Source: Acidobacteriota bacterium
GTDB lineage: Bacteria; Acidobacteriota; UBA6911; RPQK01; JACQSY01
DNA: 64,000 nt
NCBI GenBank assembly: GCA_016211085.1
Contig: JACQSY010000015.1
Location: forward strand, 12,041-76,040
Direction: 5' to 3'
The translations under genes and the position numbers were made by a program. A model generated the notes under the pieces. It was not told where the DNA came from. It saw only the letters and a program-made list of their open reading frames with translations, and did no database searches. Positions 20,337 to 30,216 of this stretch are shown here, one piece after another (position 1 is the first letter of the stretch; each line of letters begins with the position of its first letter).

Positions 20337-21902
20337 CTATTGTGGATTAAATGGAACAGGGAGCGCGGCGCGAGGCTGGAGAGTCTGGAAGAGAGACATG
20401 AACCCCGTATAAAGATAACCCACGGTAAACAAAAGCAGGAAAGGAATGGTTCCGTAAATCCCTGTGTCCAGTGAATACAGCACCATCAGGGCAAAGTAGA
20501 GACCAAGACTTACTTCGATCCAGGGGAGAAAACCTACGCTGGCACGGTACCGTTTAGGACGCCAGTCATCCTCGCGGTTCTGAATACAAAACTTTGGTGT
20601 TCGAATGAAAGAAGAATCAATGCCAAGCAACGCTTCCAGGACGGCCTTGGTGTTGCTCACCGACAGACCAATGCCGACGCTCATCAGGAAGGGCAGGTAC
20701 TTTATTCGAGACTTCCAGTCGGGAGAAACTTCGCGCTGGGAAATAACGTAAAAGGAACTGACCGAGAAGGTGGCAGCCGTAAACAAGGGCAAATCAATCA
20801 GCAAAAGCTCAAACCAGCCCTGATTAAAGCGAATGATCAAAGCAGGGAACAGCAGCAGTCCCAGAAGGATCATCAGCGGATAAGCAATGTTGGCCGTGAG
20901 GTGAAAAAAAGCCTCGACTTTAATCGGCAGCGGCAAATCGCCCATCAAGATCTTGGGGAGGATTTTCTTACCGGTTTGGATCGAGCCTTTTGCCCAGCGG
21001 TATTGCTGCGATTTGAACGAGTTCATCTCAACCGGGATCTCCGCGGGAGCAGCGGGCTCTGGAAGGAATATAAACTTCCATCCTTTGATTTGAGCCCGAT
21101 AACTAAGATCCAGGTCCTCTGTGAGCGTGTCGTGCTCCCAGCCGCCCGATTCCTCGATGGCCTTGCGCCGCCACACCCCTGCTGTGCCGTTGAAATTGAA
21201 GAAGCGCCCGGAACGATTACGCGTTCCGCTCTCCATGATGAAGTGTCCGTCCAACAGAATGGATTGCACTTTGGTAAGCAGGGAGTAGTCACGGTTGATA
21301 TGGTCCCAACGCATCTGAACCATCCCCACCTTGGGATCTGAGAAGAAATGGATGGTTTCATTCAAGGTGTTGGGCCGCGGTGAAAAATCGGCGTCGAAAA
21401 TCGCGATGAATTCACCCGTTGCAAGCTGCAGCCCATACTCGAGAGCCCCCGCTTTAAAGCCGTTACGATTAAAACGCCGGATATAACGTATGTCGTAGCC
21501 AAGCGCCGCATACTTTCGTACGTGGGCTTCCGCCACCGAGGCGGTTTCATCTGTGGAATCATCGAGCACTTGAATCTCGAGCAGGTGGCGAGGGTAATTT
21601 AAACGACAAACCGAATCTATCAAACGCTCCACCACATACATCTCGTTGAAGATGGGGAGCTGCACCGTAATACGCGGAAGTTCGCTCAACTCGGCCAGCG
21701 GCCGAGGCGTGTTGTCGCGATACTTGAAGAAGAGATACACCAGGTGATATCGATGCAACCCGTAGATTGCAAGGATCGTGAGCACGCTGAAGTAAGCAAT
21801 CAGGATGGTCCAGTCAAAAGGAGTATTCTGGTAAAGGTACGAGAGGTTGTCGGTTTCCAGGAACCTCTGCAGCGGGGAGCGCTCCGGCCCAAAGAAGTCC
21901 AT
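20337..21902 (-). CDS. GT2 processive membrane glycosyltransferase (cellulose-synthase-like, CslA/CslC-like)
   Basis: QLPIFNE, LDDSTD, FKAGAL, FDAD, FNGTAG, TEDLD, QQYRW. Confidence 0.92.
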   Translation of the reverse strand: MDFFGPERSPLQRFLETDNLSYLYQNTPFDWTILIAYFSVLTILAIYGLHRYHLVYLFFKYRDNTPRPLAELSELPRITVQLPIFNEMYVVERLIDSVCRLNYPRHLLEIQVLDDSTDETASVAEAHVRKYAALGYDIRYIRRFNRNGFKAGALEYGLQLATGEFIAIFDADFSPRPNTLNETIHFFSDPKVGMVQMRWDHINRDYSLLTKVQSILLDGHFIMESGTRNRSGRFFNFNGTAGVWRRKAIEESGGWEHDTLTEDLDLSYRAQIKGWKFIFLPEPAAPAEIPVEMNSFKSQQYRWAKGSIQTGKKILPKILMGDLPLPIKVEAFFHLTANIAYPLMILLGLLLFPALIIRFNQGWFELLLIDLPLFTAATFSVSSFYVISQREVSPDWKSRIKYLPFLMSVGIGLSVSNTKAVLEALLGIDSSFIRTPKFCIQNREDDWRPKRYRASVGFLPWIEVSLGLYFALMVLYSLDTGIYGTIPFLLLFTVGYLYTGFMSLFQTLQPRAALPVPFNPQ

Positions 21903-22045
21903 ACGTCTACGTTAACAGTTAGCTGTGCAATCCCACTCAATAATCTGTCCCGAAAACCATGGACAATTGCGGTATTATACTGATTCCGTACGCGTTGTCA
22001 ACGAACAGACTCTGCGCTGTTTAGTGTTATAACTCCGCGTATTTA

Positions 22046-22834
22046 CTACTTTTTTTTCTCCGGAACCGGTTCTTGAAAATACTCCGACGAGACGGGAATG
22101 TTGTAAGAAATACTCTCTAAGAAAATCTGCCGGGAAAGATCCCCGTCAATGGAGATGTCAACTCTTAGCGGCGTATGCACTCCCTGGATGGTATGCCAAT
22201 TGTGGTACTCCGTCTCTTCCTTATGCTTCAGCCCCATCTTGTCCACAAACTGTGATTCCAGTCGCACCGGCAAATGAGAATTTCGATTGAAATAAATCAC
22301 CACCGAATCGTTGGTGGCGTCCAGGAAATCCACCGCCTCCAAGTCTTCTGAACCTTCGATGTCGTCAGGACCGTAATAGTAAAGGTGCAGTCCCGGCTCA
22401 TTCAGCCGCGTCTTCAGTACCACGTTGAGGTCGTGCTTTACCGACTTCTCAAAATCTTTGACCCTTTCAGGCGGAAGCTCTTCAACTGAATCCTTTCCTT
22501 CCATCTTCCAACCTTTGCGCACCTCGAGGTTGTATATCTCCACTTCCTGGCGTTTGCCCTCGCCTAATTGAAAACGGCTCTTGATGGGTTCGTAAACTGT
22601 CCAGTCCCAAAACTTGGAGAAGCCTTTTTGTCCTTCCTTCCCGAAGATGAAATACCGGCCGTAGCTGTGAGAGTTCCCGGCTTTACGATAACGCTTTCCT
22701 CCCATCGCCTCGATAGCAGAATTAATCACTTCCCGAGCCTTGGCCTCGCCTTCGGTCAAGTTCTGTGCCGGAGCCGTGACGCTCACAAAAAACATCGCCA
22801 GTGCACTCACCAAAAAGATTTCTCGTGGTCTCAT
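22046..22834 (-). CDS. Secreted hypothetical protein (possibly LolA-like fold)
   Basis: ATG 22834 overlaps the upstream stop (ATGA); signal peptide; AIEAMGG N-terminal motif; beta-rich body. Confidence 0.7.
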   Translation of the reverse strand: MRPREIFLVSALAMFFVSVTAPAQNLTEGEAKAREVINSAIEAMGGKRYRKAGNSHSYGRYFIFGKEGQKGFSKFWDWTVYEPIKSRFQLGEGKRQEVEIYNLEVRKGWKMEGKDSVEELPPERVKDFEKSVKHDLNVVLKTRLNEPGLHLYYYGPDDIEGSEDLEAVDFLDATNDSVVIYFNRNSHLPVRLESQFVDKMGLKHKEETEYHNWHTIQGVHTPLRVDISIDGDLSRQIFLESISYNIPVSSEYFQEPVPEKKK

Positions 22835-23490
22835 CGTGAAATGTAGATCCAATATACTCCCAACATTAAACTGAGGCTCCCCAAGATGACAGAAACCGAG
22901 CCTTTGCGGCATTTCCCCAGCGTAGATCCGGCGAGCCACCCGTAAGCGCTCATTGAAGCCGTAATACCCAATCCGAAAAACGCCACGGCAAGCAATGCCC
23001 CTAACACAGAATGGGCATTAAGGATTGGCATCGACGTCAGAAAAAGGGAACGCAGTCCGCTCAACGCGAAAAGCCCCCCGAATACAGTCGTGAAGTGAGG
23101 ATGCAGATGACGTCCGGGATGAGGATTCTTGAAATGCAAGTGCTGATGTTCGTGTCGGCGTCGCCACAACCAGTGATCGTGCATGTGAGAATGCACGTAA
23201 GCCCGTTTGAGCAATACCTCCAACAACGTCCATGCGCCCAATAAAATCAGGAGGACCCCGCCAAAGACCTCCGCGTGCGTTTCCCAGCTTCTGGGCACGG
23301 CAAAACTGAAGAGCAACGCCGCCCCCACCAGGAAAACCAGTGCACTGCTATGGCCGAGAGCAAAGCGCAGGCCCGCGCGAGAGATTTCCCGGCGCGTCGC
23401 CCCGCGATTTGCCAGAGTGGTTAATGCCACCAAATGATCAGTTCCGAGGCCATGGTGAAGCCCCTGGAAGAAAGCAATAATTACGAACAT
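22831..23490 (-). CDS. Ni/Co transporter-like membrane protein (UreH/HoxN/RcnA-like)
   Basis: HGLGTDH (HxxxxDH), LGHS, His-rich loop HSHMHDH...HEHQHLH. Confidence 0.75.
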   Translation of the reverse strand: MFVIIAFFQGLHHGLGTDHLVALTTLANRGATRREISRAGLRFALGHSSALVFLVGAALLFSFAVPRSWETHAEVFGGVLLILLGAWTLLEVLLKRAYVHSHMHDHWLWRRRHEHQHLHFKNPHPGRHLHPHFTTVFGGLFALSGLRSLFLTSMPILNAHSVLGALLAVAFFGLGITASMSAYGWLAGSTLGKCRKGSVSVILGSLSLMLGVYWIYISR

Positions 23491-23515
23491 ACCAATAACA
23501 GTAGGTGGGCCCAAA

Positions 23516-24529
23516 TTAATTTCCGATATATCGGGAGTACACGGCCCGGGCCTCGGCAATGTCCTCCGTACCTCGAATAATCGAGCGGCCGTTACAAAAA
23601 AGAGCGATCTCGTATCCGTTCACGTCAATCTTCATCATGAAATCGTTGTAAAGCACTTTCCCACTTTTTTCGAGCCGCCTGGACAACTCCTTGAAATCAA
23701 GAGTCTGCTGGCGGCGCGGATAAATCTGCACGGCGTTCCTGCCGCAAAGGCGGACAAAGCGATCTTTCTCTTTTCCTTCCAGAAACTCAAATGTGCGCTG
23801 CACGCAACAAAGACAATCAGGCCGATAAGGCTGACCTGGAGTCATACGGACGCTGTCTTTCCACACATCGATTTGAAAAACGTTGGTGGGACACTCGCTT
23901 TGACAAAGAAGCTTGAGCGCAGCCGCGCTCTGAAAGGCGGCGACGGCGTGAACTACCGGTGCAATGACGCCAGCCGTATCACAGGTGGCAAGGCTTCCGC
24001 GCGCCGGTGGGTCCTCTAGCCAGCAACGCAAGCAGGCGGTGACCGCAGGACGTATGGCAAAAGCGATGCCGTAACTTCCAACGCAGGCTCCGTAAATCCA
24101 GGGGATTGCCGTCTTGACAGCAAAATCGTTAAGCAAGAAGCGGGTTTCAAAGTTGTCGGTGCCGTCAATGAACAGGTCCGCGGCCCCGCAGATCTGCTCA
24201 ATGTTTTCAAAGCTGATATCTTCAACAATACCCTCAACTTTGACGTCCGAGTTAAGGGTGCTGAGGACCTGCTGGGCAGCAATGGCCTTAGGAAGCCCGC
24301 GTCGGGCGTGTTCTTCCGAAAACAACGATTGGCGCTGGAGATTGCTTTCTTCAACAAAGTCACGGTCTACCAGCAAAAGCGAACCGACACCGGCCCGTAC
24401 CAGGACCTCGGCATTGACCGTCCCGAGAGCTCCGCATCCCAGGACGACTATCCTCCGGGTGCGAAGTAATTCTTGACCTCGCTTTCCGATGCCGTTAAAC
24501 AAGACCTGACGAGAATACTTTTCCGCCAC
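23516..24529 (-). CDS. ThiF/MoeB-family adenylyltransferase
   Basis: YSRQ, GCGALG, DRDFVEESNLQRQ, DGTDNF, CLRC, TCDTAGV, C-terminal LCGRNAVQI domain. Confidence 0.92.
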   Translation of the reverse strand: MAEKYSRQVLFNGIGKRGQELLRTRRIVVLGCGALGTVNAEVLVRAGVGSLLLVDRDFVEESNLQRQSLFSEEHARRGLPKAIAAQQVLSTLNSDVKVEGIVEDISFENIEQICGAADLFIDGTDNFETRFLLNDFAVKTAIPWIYGACVGSYGIAFAIRPAVTACLRCWLEDPPARGSLATCDTAGVIAPVVHAVAAFQSAAALKLLCQSECPTNVFQIDVWKDSVRMTPGQPYRPDCLCCVQRTFEFLEGKEKDRFVRLCGRNAVQIYPRRQQTLDFKELSRRLEKSGKVLYNDFMMKIDVNGYEIALFCNGRSIIRGTEDIAEARAVYSRYIGN

Positions 24530-24643
24530 GCGTTTATTCTAACACCCGTTTTGGACAACCCTGATATCCCGCGCCCTGACTGGTAGTGTCAACTCTTAGA
24601 ACACTACCCCCTGACCGTCTTCCGAGAGGCGTATAATTTAATT

Positions 24644-27034
24644 ATGGTCCGGCTTAAGGGGCACAGTAAAGCAACGATTGTCGCTGAGGCCGTGGTTGGG
24701 TTGCTGTTTGCGGGCCTGATTTTTGTGGGCTTTGCGGGGATCTATTATTTCGTCTATTTCGTCCGTCTCTACGAGACTCGGCTGAAGTACCAATCGCCGG
24801 AGACGACGGCCGTCTATACCCGGCCCTACGAAATCAAAACAGGCCAAAAGCTTTCGAGGGCAGCCCTGAAGGACCGCCTTCAGAGAGCCGGTTACCGGGA
24901 GATCTCAGGAGATGAGCTTGCGTCACCATCCGACTGGTACTTTCAGTCCGAGGAGAGTCCATCTGTAATTCAATTCGGGCATTTAAATCCGCTGGCAGTC
25001 AATGTCCGTGAGGAATATGCAGTTGTTTTTTCCGGCGCCGCCATCCACACCATTCGCCAGTCGGGTATCGAAACTAATTCAGCCTTTATTAAACCGGAAT
25101 TCATTTCCAACTTGTTTGGCCCCTCCCTGCAAAAAAAGCGGCGGCTTAGCTTTGAAGAGCTTCCGCCTCAATTGATAAACGCGGTGCTGGCGGCCGAGGA
25201 CGAACGCTTCTTTTCGCACCAGGGCTTCGACTTGGTCGCAATTATTCGAGCGGGCTTCGCCAACCTGTTAAACCGAGATCAACTGCAGGGTGCGAGTACG
25301 CTGACTCAACAATTCATCAAGAATTATTTTCTCACTCCAAAGCGAAATCTCAAGAGAAAGCTGGAAGAACTTTATCTGGCGGCATTACTGGAGAAAAGAC
25401 TTACCAAGAAGCAAATTTTTGAGCTTTATGCAAACGAGGTGTATCTGGGCCAGGTTGGGTCTTTTTCCATTTTGGGCTTTGGGGAAGGAGCCCGGACCTT
25501 TTTTGGGAAAAACGTGGACGAGCTGACCATCGATGAGGCGGCATTTCTGGCAGGAATCATCCAGGCGCCAAACCGGCATTCTCCCTATCAAAACAAAGAA
25601 GCGGCCGTGCAGCGCCGCAACCACATCCTCGAACTGATGTGGAGGAAGAAACTGCTCACCGAAAAGGAAAAAGACGCGGCGCTTAAAGCTCCTTTGCAGC
25701 TGCAGCCGCACCGGCGGCGTGGGCAGGCTGAAGCCCTTTTTTTTGTCGATTACGTTCACGAGGCGCTCGACAAGGAATGGCCGGAGTGGAGGAAGAATCT
25801 CCGCAATTTTGAAATTTACACCACCCTGGACATCGACCTTCAGAAAGCTGCCAACGAAGCCGTGGCGAAAGGAATGGAACAGGTTAAAAAACGGCTGGGA
25901 AGGCGGCGTAATATCCAGCCGGAGGCGGCCTTGGTGGCGCTGGATCCCAAGACCGGTGAGGTGCTGGCAATGGTTGGAGGCAGTAATTACTCCCAAAGCC
26001 AGTTCAATCGTGCAATCCGCGCTTACCGGCAGCCCGGTTCGACCTTCAAGTCCTTTGTTTACGCGGCAGCTCTGGAGAAGAGCCTCGAGCACCACAATCC
26101 TCAGTACACACTCTCCAGTTCATTTGTCGACGAGCCGTATACGTTTTTTTATGAGAATAAACAGTATTCGCCCAGCAATTTTGGCGAGAAATACTATGGC
26201 CGCGTGACCTTGCGGCGTGCTCTTGCTCTCTCTTTGAATGTAGCCACTGTGAAACTGGCAGAGCAAATTGGCTTTGACTCGGTTGCGGATCTTTCAAACC
26301 GGGCAGGTTTCAGTCACGAGCTCAAGCCCTACCCGTCGGTGGCCCTGGGAACGTTTGAAGTGAGCTTACTGGAACTGGCACAGGCGTACACAGCTTTCGC
26401 GAACAATGGGCAGGTAGTCCTGGCGCACCCTCTGAAGGGTTTTCGGAAGGGTGGTGTTTTTGAGACGGTTGCCGGACCGGTACCTCAAAGCGTGATCCAT
26501 CCGGAAACCGCGTTTTTGATTACCTCTGCTCTGCAATCAGTGGTCAACGAGGGAACAGGCGCCGGCGTGCGTGGCATGGGCTTCTACCTTCCTGCAGCGG
26601 GAAAGACGGGTTCTTCAGACGACAGCTGGTTCGTCGGGTATACGCCTGATTTGCTTTGTGCCGTGTGGGTGGGACGAGACGAACTGAAACCGGTGTACCT
26701 GGGCGGAGCTCAGGCAGCGCTGCCTATATGGGTCCATTTCATGATCCGTGCGCAACAACTGGGACGCTTGAGCGGGCGCGATTTTCAAATGCCCCCCAAC
26801 ATCGTAGCCGTGGCCATCGATCCCGACACCAACTTACTGGCGTGGCATAACTGCGAACGTGTCAGAACCGAATACTACATCAGGGGAACGCAGCCGACCG
26901 CCTACTGCAATGAGGAGTTTGAAGACGCCGAGGAATTTTCGACCGATGTGGCCGCCAGTGAGTCAGAAGAGAGCGATACTCCCGCCAGTTCCCAGGATGG
27001 TTTTTGGGGCCGTGTGTGGGGCGTCTTACGTTAA
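24644..27034 (+). CDS. mrcB: Class A penicillin-binding protein (PBP1B-like)
   Basis: TM, UB2H-like region, EDERFFSHQG, GASTLTQQ, RKLEE; transpeptidase STFK, SLN, KTG. Confidence 0.9.
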   Translation: MVRLKGHSKATIVAEAVVGLLFAGLIFVGFAGIYYFVYFVRLYETRLKYQSPETTAVYTRPYEIKTGQKLSRAALKDRLQRAGYREISGDELASPSDWYFQSEESPSVIQFGHLNPLAVNVREEYAVVFSGAAIHTIRQSGIETNSAFIKPEFISNLFGPSLQKKRRLSFEELPPQLINAVLAAEDERFFSHQGFDLVAIIRAGFANLLNRDQLQGASTLTQQFIKNYFLTPKRNLKRKLEELYLAALLEKRLTKKQIFELYANEVYLGQVGSFSILGFGEGARTFFGKNVDELTIDEAAFLAGIIQAPNRHSPYQNKEAAVQRRNHILELMWRKKLLTEKEKDAALKAPLQLQPHRRRGQAEALFFVDYVHEALDKEWPEWRKNLRNFEIYTTLDIDLQKAANEAVAKGMEQVKKRLGRRRNIQPEAALVALDPKTGEVLAMVGGSNYSQSQFNRAIRAYRQPGSTFKSFVYAAALEKSLEHHNPQYTLSSSFVDEPYTFFYENKQYSPSNFGEKYYGRVTLRRALALSLNVATVKLAEQIGFDSVADLSNRAGFSHELKPYPSVALGTFEVSLLELAQAYTAFANNGQVVLAHPLKGFRKGGVFETVAGPVPQSVIHPETAFLITSALQSVVNEGTGAGVRGMGFYLPAAGKTGSSDDSWFVGYTPDLLCAVWVGRDELKPVYLGGAQAALPIWVHFMIRAQQLGRLSGRDFQMPPNIVAVAIDPDTNLLAWHNCERVRTEYYIRGTQPTAYCNEEFEDAEEFSTDVAASESEESDTPASSQDGFWGRVWGVLR

Positions 27035-27050
27035 ACGATACTGCATCCCT

Positions 27051-27950
27051 TTAACTGACGAAACGCGGTCCTTCGAGATCCAGACCCAGAATTCGAAACG
27101 ACGATTCGATCCTCTTTTTCTGAAAAGTGTTCACCATCCAGGAACCAATTTCTTGAAAACTTGCATCGGCCATGGCTATGACCGCTGAGCCGGAGCCACT
27201 GATAAAGACCGCCCATAACGCGTCCTCCAGATCTGGGGGCAGCCCTCTACGTTCCAGGAGTTCGGAAATCCCTGGAACCATGCGGGCTCGAAACGGCTGG
27301 TGCATTTGATCGCGGGTCGCTTCTCTAAGCAATTCTTTTTTCCCACCGGTAAGCGCGTGGACCAACAAGGCACAGCGTTGGAGATTAAAAACGGCCTCAG
27401 CGCGCGAGTATTTCTCTGGAAGGATGGAACGCGCCTCCTGCGTGGATACCGTGACTTCCGGAACGGACACCACAAAGCGGCACTCCAGCATCGAAGCCAG
27501 TCTTTCTGCATGCATTCTTTCATCAACTACCCAGGAAATAGCCCAGCCTCCCAGGAAGCTGGCCGCCAGATTGTCAGGGTGCCCTTCCAAAGGAAGGGCG
27601 AGATCAAAACAAGCCTGACGGCTGAGCGTGATCCCGGACGCGCGCTCCGCAATTTTGATGCCCGAGACAATGGCCGCAGCGCTGCTTCCCAACCCCCTTC
27701 CCAAGGGGATGGGGTTTTCCATAGTGATCCTCATGCCGGGAACTTTGACCCTCAGAATCTCAAACGCGCAGCGGAGAGCGCGATCTGCCATATTCTCCTG
27801 CGAGGAATCCCATCCAACCCACTCAACCTGGTTGCCGGCAACAGGCTCCACATCCAGCTTTAAATACAAATCCAAAGCCGCTGAAAGTGTGTCAAAACCG
27901 GACCCGAGATTACTTGTACTTGCAGGAACCTTGAGCGTGAATTTATCCAT
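27051..27950 (-). CDS. thrB: Homoserine kinase
   Basis: VPASTSNLGSGFD, IPLGRGLGSSAA, EGHPDN, ISGSG. Confidence 0.93.
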   Translation of the reverse strand: MDKFTLKVPASTSNLGSGFDTLSAALDLYLKLDVEPVAGNQVEWVGWDSSQENMADRALRCAFEILRVKVPGMRITMENPIPLGRGLGSSAAAIVSGIKIAERASGITLSRQACFDLALPLEGHPDNLAASFLGGWAISWVVDERMHAERLASMLECRFVVSVPEVTVSTQEARSILPEKYSRAEAVFNLQRCALLVHALTGGKKELLREATRDQMHQPFRARMVPGISELLERRGLPPDLEDALWAVFISGSGSAVIAMADASFQEIGSWMVNTFQKKRIESSFRILGLDLEGPRFVS

Positions 27951-29433
27951 CCGGCTGCTCCGATGCAAATGCGTCGCCTTGAGGGGGCTTCTTGACGGTC
28001 CGAAGAGCCTCCCTGACCCATTTCTTCATTAGATCACGATCAGGGTTGAATCCAGTCCAGGCCATAAATTGCAAAGCGGCCTGCTCCACAAACATTTCCA
28101 AACCAGAGATGACCGGAATTCCCTTTTTCTCAGCCAATCGAATTAAGAGCGTGCGTTCGGGATGATAGACCAGGTCGTAAACCAGATCGAATTGCAACTG
28201 TTGCTCTTCAAGAAGAGACTCGCCGATAGATGGAAACTGACCCACCGGGGTTGCATTGATGAGAATATCTGCTGCCTTGATTTCACCAAGATCGAGAAAG
28301 CTACAGCCCAATTCGGAAGCAAACTGTGCAGCCCGGGACCGATTCCGGCCCGTGATCGTCACATCGGCTCCTTCGTTCTTCAGGGCTGTAACCACCGTTC
28401 GCGCAACCCCTCCATAGCCAAGCACAAGAACAGTCTTCCCGCCAAGTTCCAGCCGCGAAAGCAGCGGTTTGAGGAAACCCGCATAATCGGAATTCAACCC
28501 CTCCCACCCCGAGTCGACCTTTACCAAGGTGTTGATGGAGGCGATCGGCGATTCGATGTGGTTCGTATATTGAAGCACATCGGTCTTGAAAGGCGAGGTG
28601 ATGCTAAATCCTCCGAACCGTAAACAGGTGGTGGGAAGAAAATCGAACCAAGAGTGCACCTCGGAAAGCTGGAACGGAAAATAGACTTTTCCCATCTCAT
28701 ATCTTTGAAAGAGACAATTATGAAGCCACGGAGAAAGAGAGTGAGCTATAGGGTTCCCAAGGACTCCGTAAACAATGGGAGGCTTTCTCCATTCCGGAAG
28801 CCGGTAGAGCCAGGCAGCTTCGGAAAAGGGAAACTGCCCTGCCGCCAGCACGTGATCACTGTTTTCGGAAACATAGGTCCAGAAATTTCCGGTAAAAGCG
28901 CCCAGGAAACGTGAAGGCTGGCCAAAAGAACCCATCCCATGGATTACTCGAGGGGGCTGGGCCGGAATTGTCTCCTGAAAACGGAGCAGTTTAACTAGTT
29001 CGCGGCTGTCATTCACAGTTACCACCAGCTTCGCAAGATCACCTGGGAGCGCGCGCAAGCGTCCCATGAGTTGTTCAAGCTCCTCCGGAAAGGCACCAAA
29101 GCAGTGAAGCGAGCGCAAGATACACGTTAGCCTGGGGAGTACCGGGATCGAAGCCACGTCGTGCTCGAGATCCACCCACTGGAACCCGCGGCGGGCGGCC
29201 TGAGCCAGGCACTCGATACGCTCTGTTTCGGGACCATCGTAGTACCCGCCTTCTCTCCGCGGCCGGCAGGTGGCAATGAAACGGGCCCTGGCCCTTTTGG
29301 GAAGTTCCGGAACCTCCAGGTGCCCCAGACAGTCCAGGCGTACTTCAACATAGGCCAGTTGGCTCGCATAACGAGCCAGCTTTTCTTGAAGAGAGATTAG
29401 GGATTGCTCCGCTAGAGTGAGACAAAGATCCAC
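27943..29433 (-). CDS. aroDE: Bifunctional type I 3-dehydroquinate dehydratase / shikimate dehydrogenase
   Basis: N-half EVRLD, IATCR..EGG, VDLE, SLH, AK; C-half GNPIAHSLSP, TSPFK, NSD, INATPVG, DLVYHP, GLEMFVEQA. Confidence 0.88.
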   Translation of the reverse strand: MDLCLTLAEQSLISLQEKLARYASQLAYVEVRLDCLGHLEVPELPKRARARFIATCRPRREGGYYDGPETERIECLAQAARRGFQWVDLEHDVASIPVLPRLTCILRSLHCFGAFPEELEQLMGRLRALPGDLAKLVVTVNDSRELVKLLRFQETIPAQPPRVIHGMGSFGQPSRFLGAFTGNFWTYVSENSDHVLAAGQFPFSEAAWLYRLPEWRKPPIVYGVLGNPIAHSLSPWLHNCLFQRYEMGKVYFPFQLSEVHSWFDFLPTTCLRFGGFSITSPFKTDVLQYTNHIESPIASINTLVKVDSGWEGLNSDYAGFLKPLLSRLELGGKTVLVLGYGGVARTVVTALKNEGADVTITGRNRSRAAQFASELGCSFLDLGEIKAADILINATPVGQFPSIGESLLEEQQLQFDLVYDLVYHPERTLLIRLAEKKGIPVISGLEMFVEQAALQFMAWTGFNPDRDLMKKWVREALRTVKKPPQGDAFASEQPDG

Positions 29434-29461
29434 GGGTATTTGACAAGGAGCAGTGGTTGGA

Positions 29462-30124
29462 TCAGCGCGCCGTTCCTCCTAGTGCAGGGGGCCCATCAGG
29501 TTTTATCAGAGCGTTACTGCCGGACCGCTGTCTGCGCAGCAGGCTGATTTTTCGGCGCATCTCGCGCCGCGTTCGATACTTAATGCTTTCATCAACCTGG
29601 CCCCAGAAGCGGCGGAAATACTGGACCATGGATGTAATCGCCAGGACTACAACCAGCCAAAGGAGTAGCTGGCCGGCCGGGTAAAGAATGCTGTCAGGAT
29701 AGCGATTGCCCATAATCAGCGCGCTAACGCAGAGCACCTGGGTGGCCATCTTGTATTTTCCAAGGCGGGATGCGGAAATACTGAAGCCCTCAGCAGAAGC
29801 AATGCTACGCAGTCCGGTAACCGCAAACTCACGCCCGATAATTACCACCACCATCCATGCGGCTACCATATTCAACTCGACCAGTGAAACAAAAGCCGCG
29901 GAAATCAGCAGTTTGTCGGCAATTGGATCCAACAGTTTTCCCAGCGTCGTCACCTGGAGTCGCCGTCGTGCCAGATAACCATCCAGCAAATCGGTGATCG
30001 CTGCCGCCATGAACACAATGAATCCCCAGATCTCCCGCTCTGGAGAAGATCCCGTCAAAAGAACGACCACCAGCAACGGCACCAAAAAAATCCGCAAAAC
30101 CGTGAGGGAGTTCGGAAGATTCAT
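29462..30124 (-). CDS. pgsA: CDP-diacylglycerol--glycerol-3-phosphate 3-phosphatidyltransferase
   Basis: MNLPNSLTVLRI, TDLLDGYLARR, GKLLDPIADK, GREFAVTGLR. Confidence 0.95.
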   Translation of the reverse strand: MNLPNSLTVLRIFLVPLLVVVLLTGSSPEREIWGFIVFMAAAITDLLDGYLARRRLQVTTLGKLLDPIADKLLISAAFVSLVELNMVAAWMVVVIIGREFAVTGLRSIASAEGFSISASRLGKYKMATQVLCVSALIMGNRYPDSILYPAGQLLLWLVVVLAITSMVQYFRRFWGQVDESIKYRTRREMRRKISLLRRQRSGSNALIKPDGPPALGGTAR

Positions 30125-30216
30125 AAAAATCGATTCACTTATAACACAATTCTCCCCTTTAAGGGGAGCAATCGAGCGATGTCCTGATTTCTGGTTTGTG
30201 TTAGCATAAACAGCCT

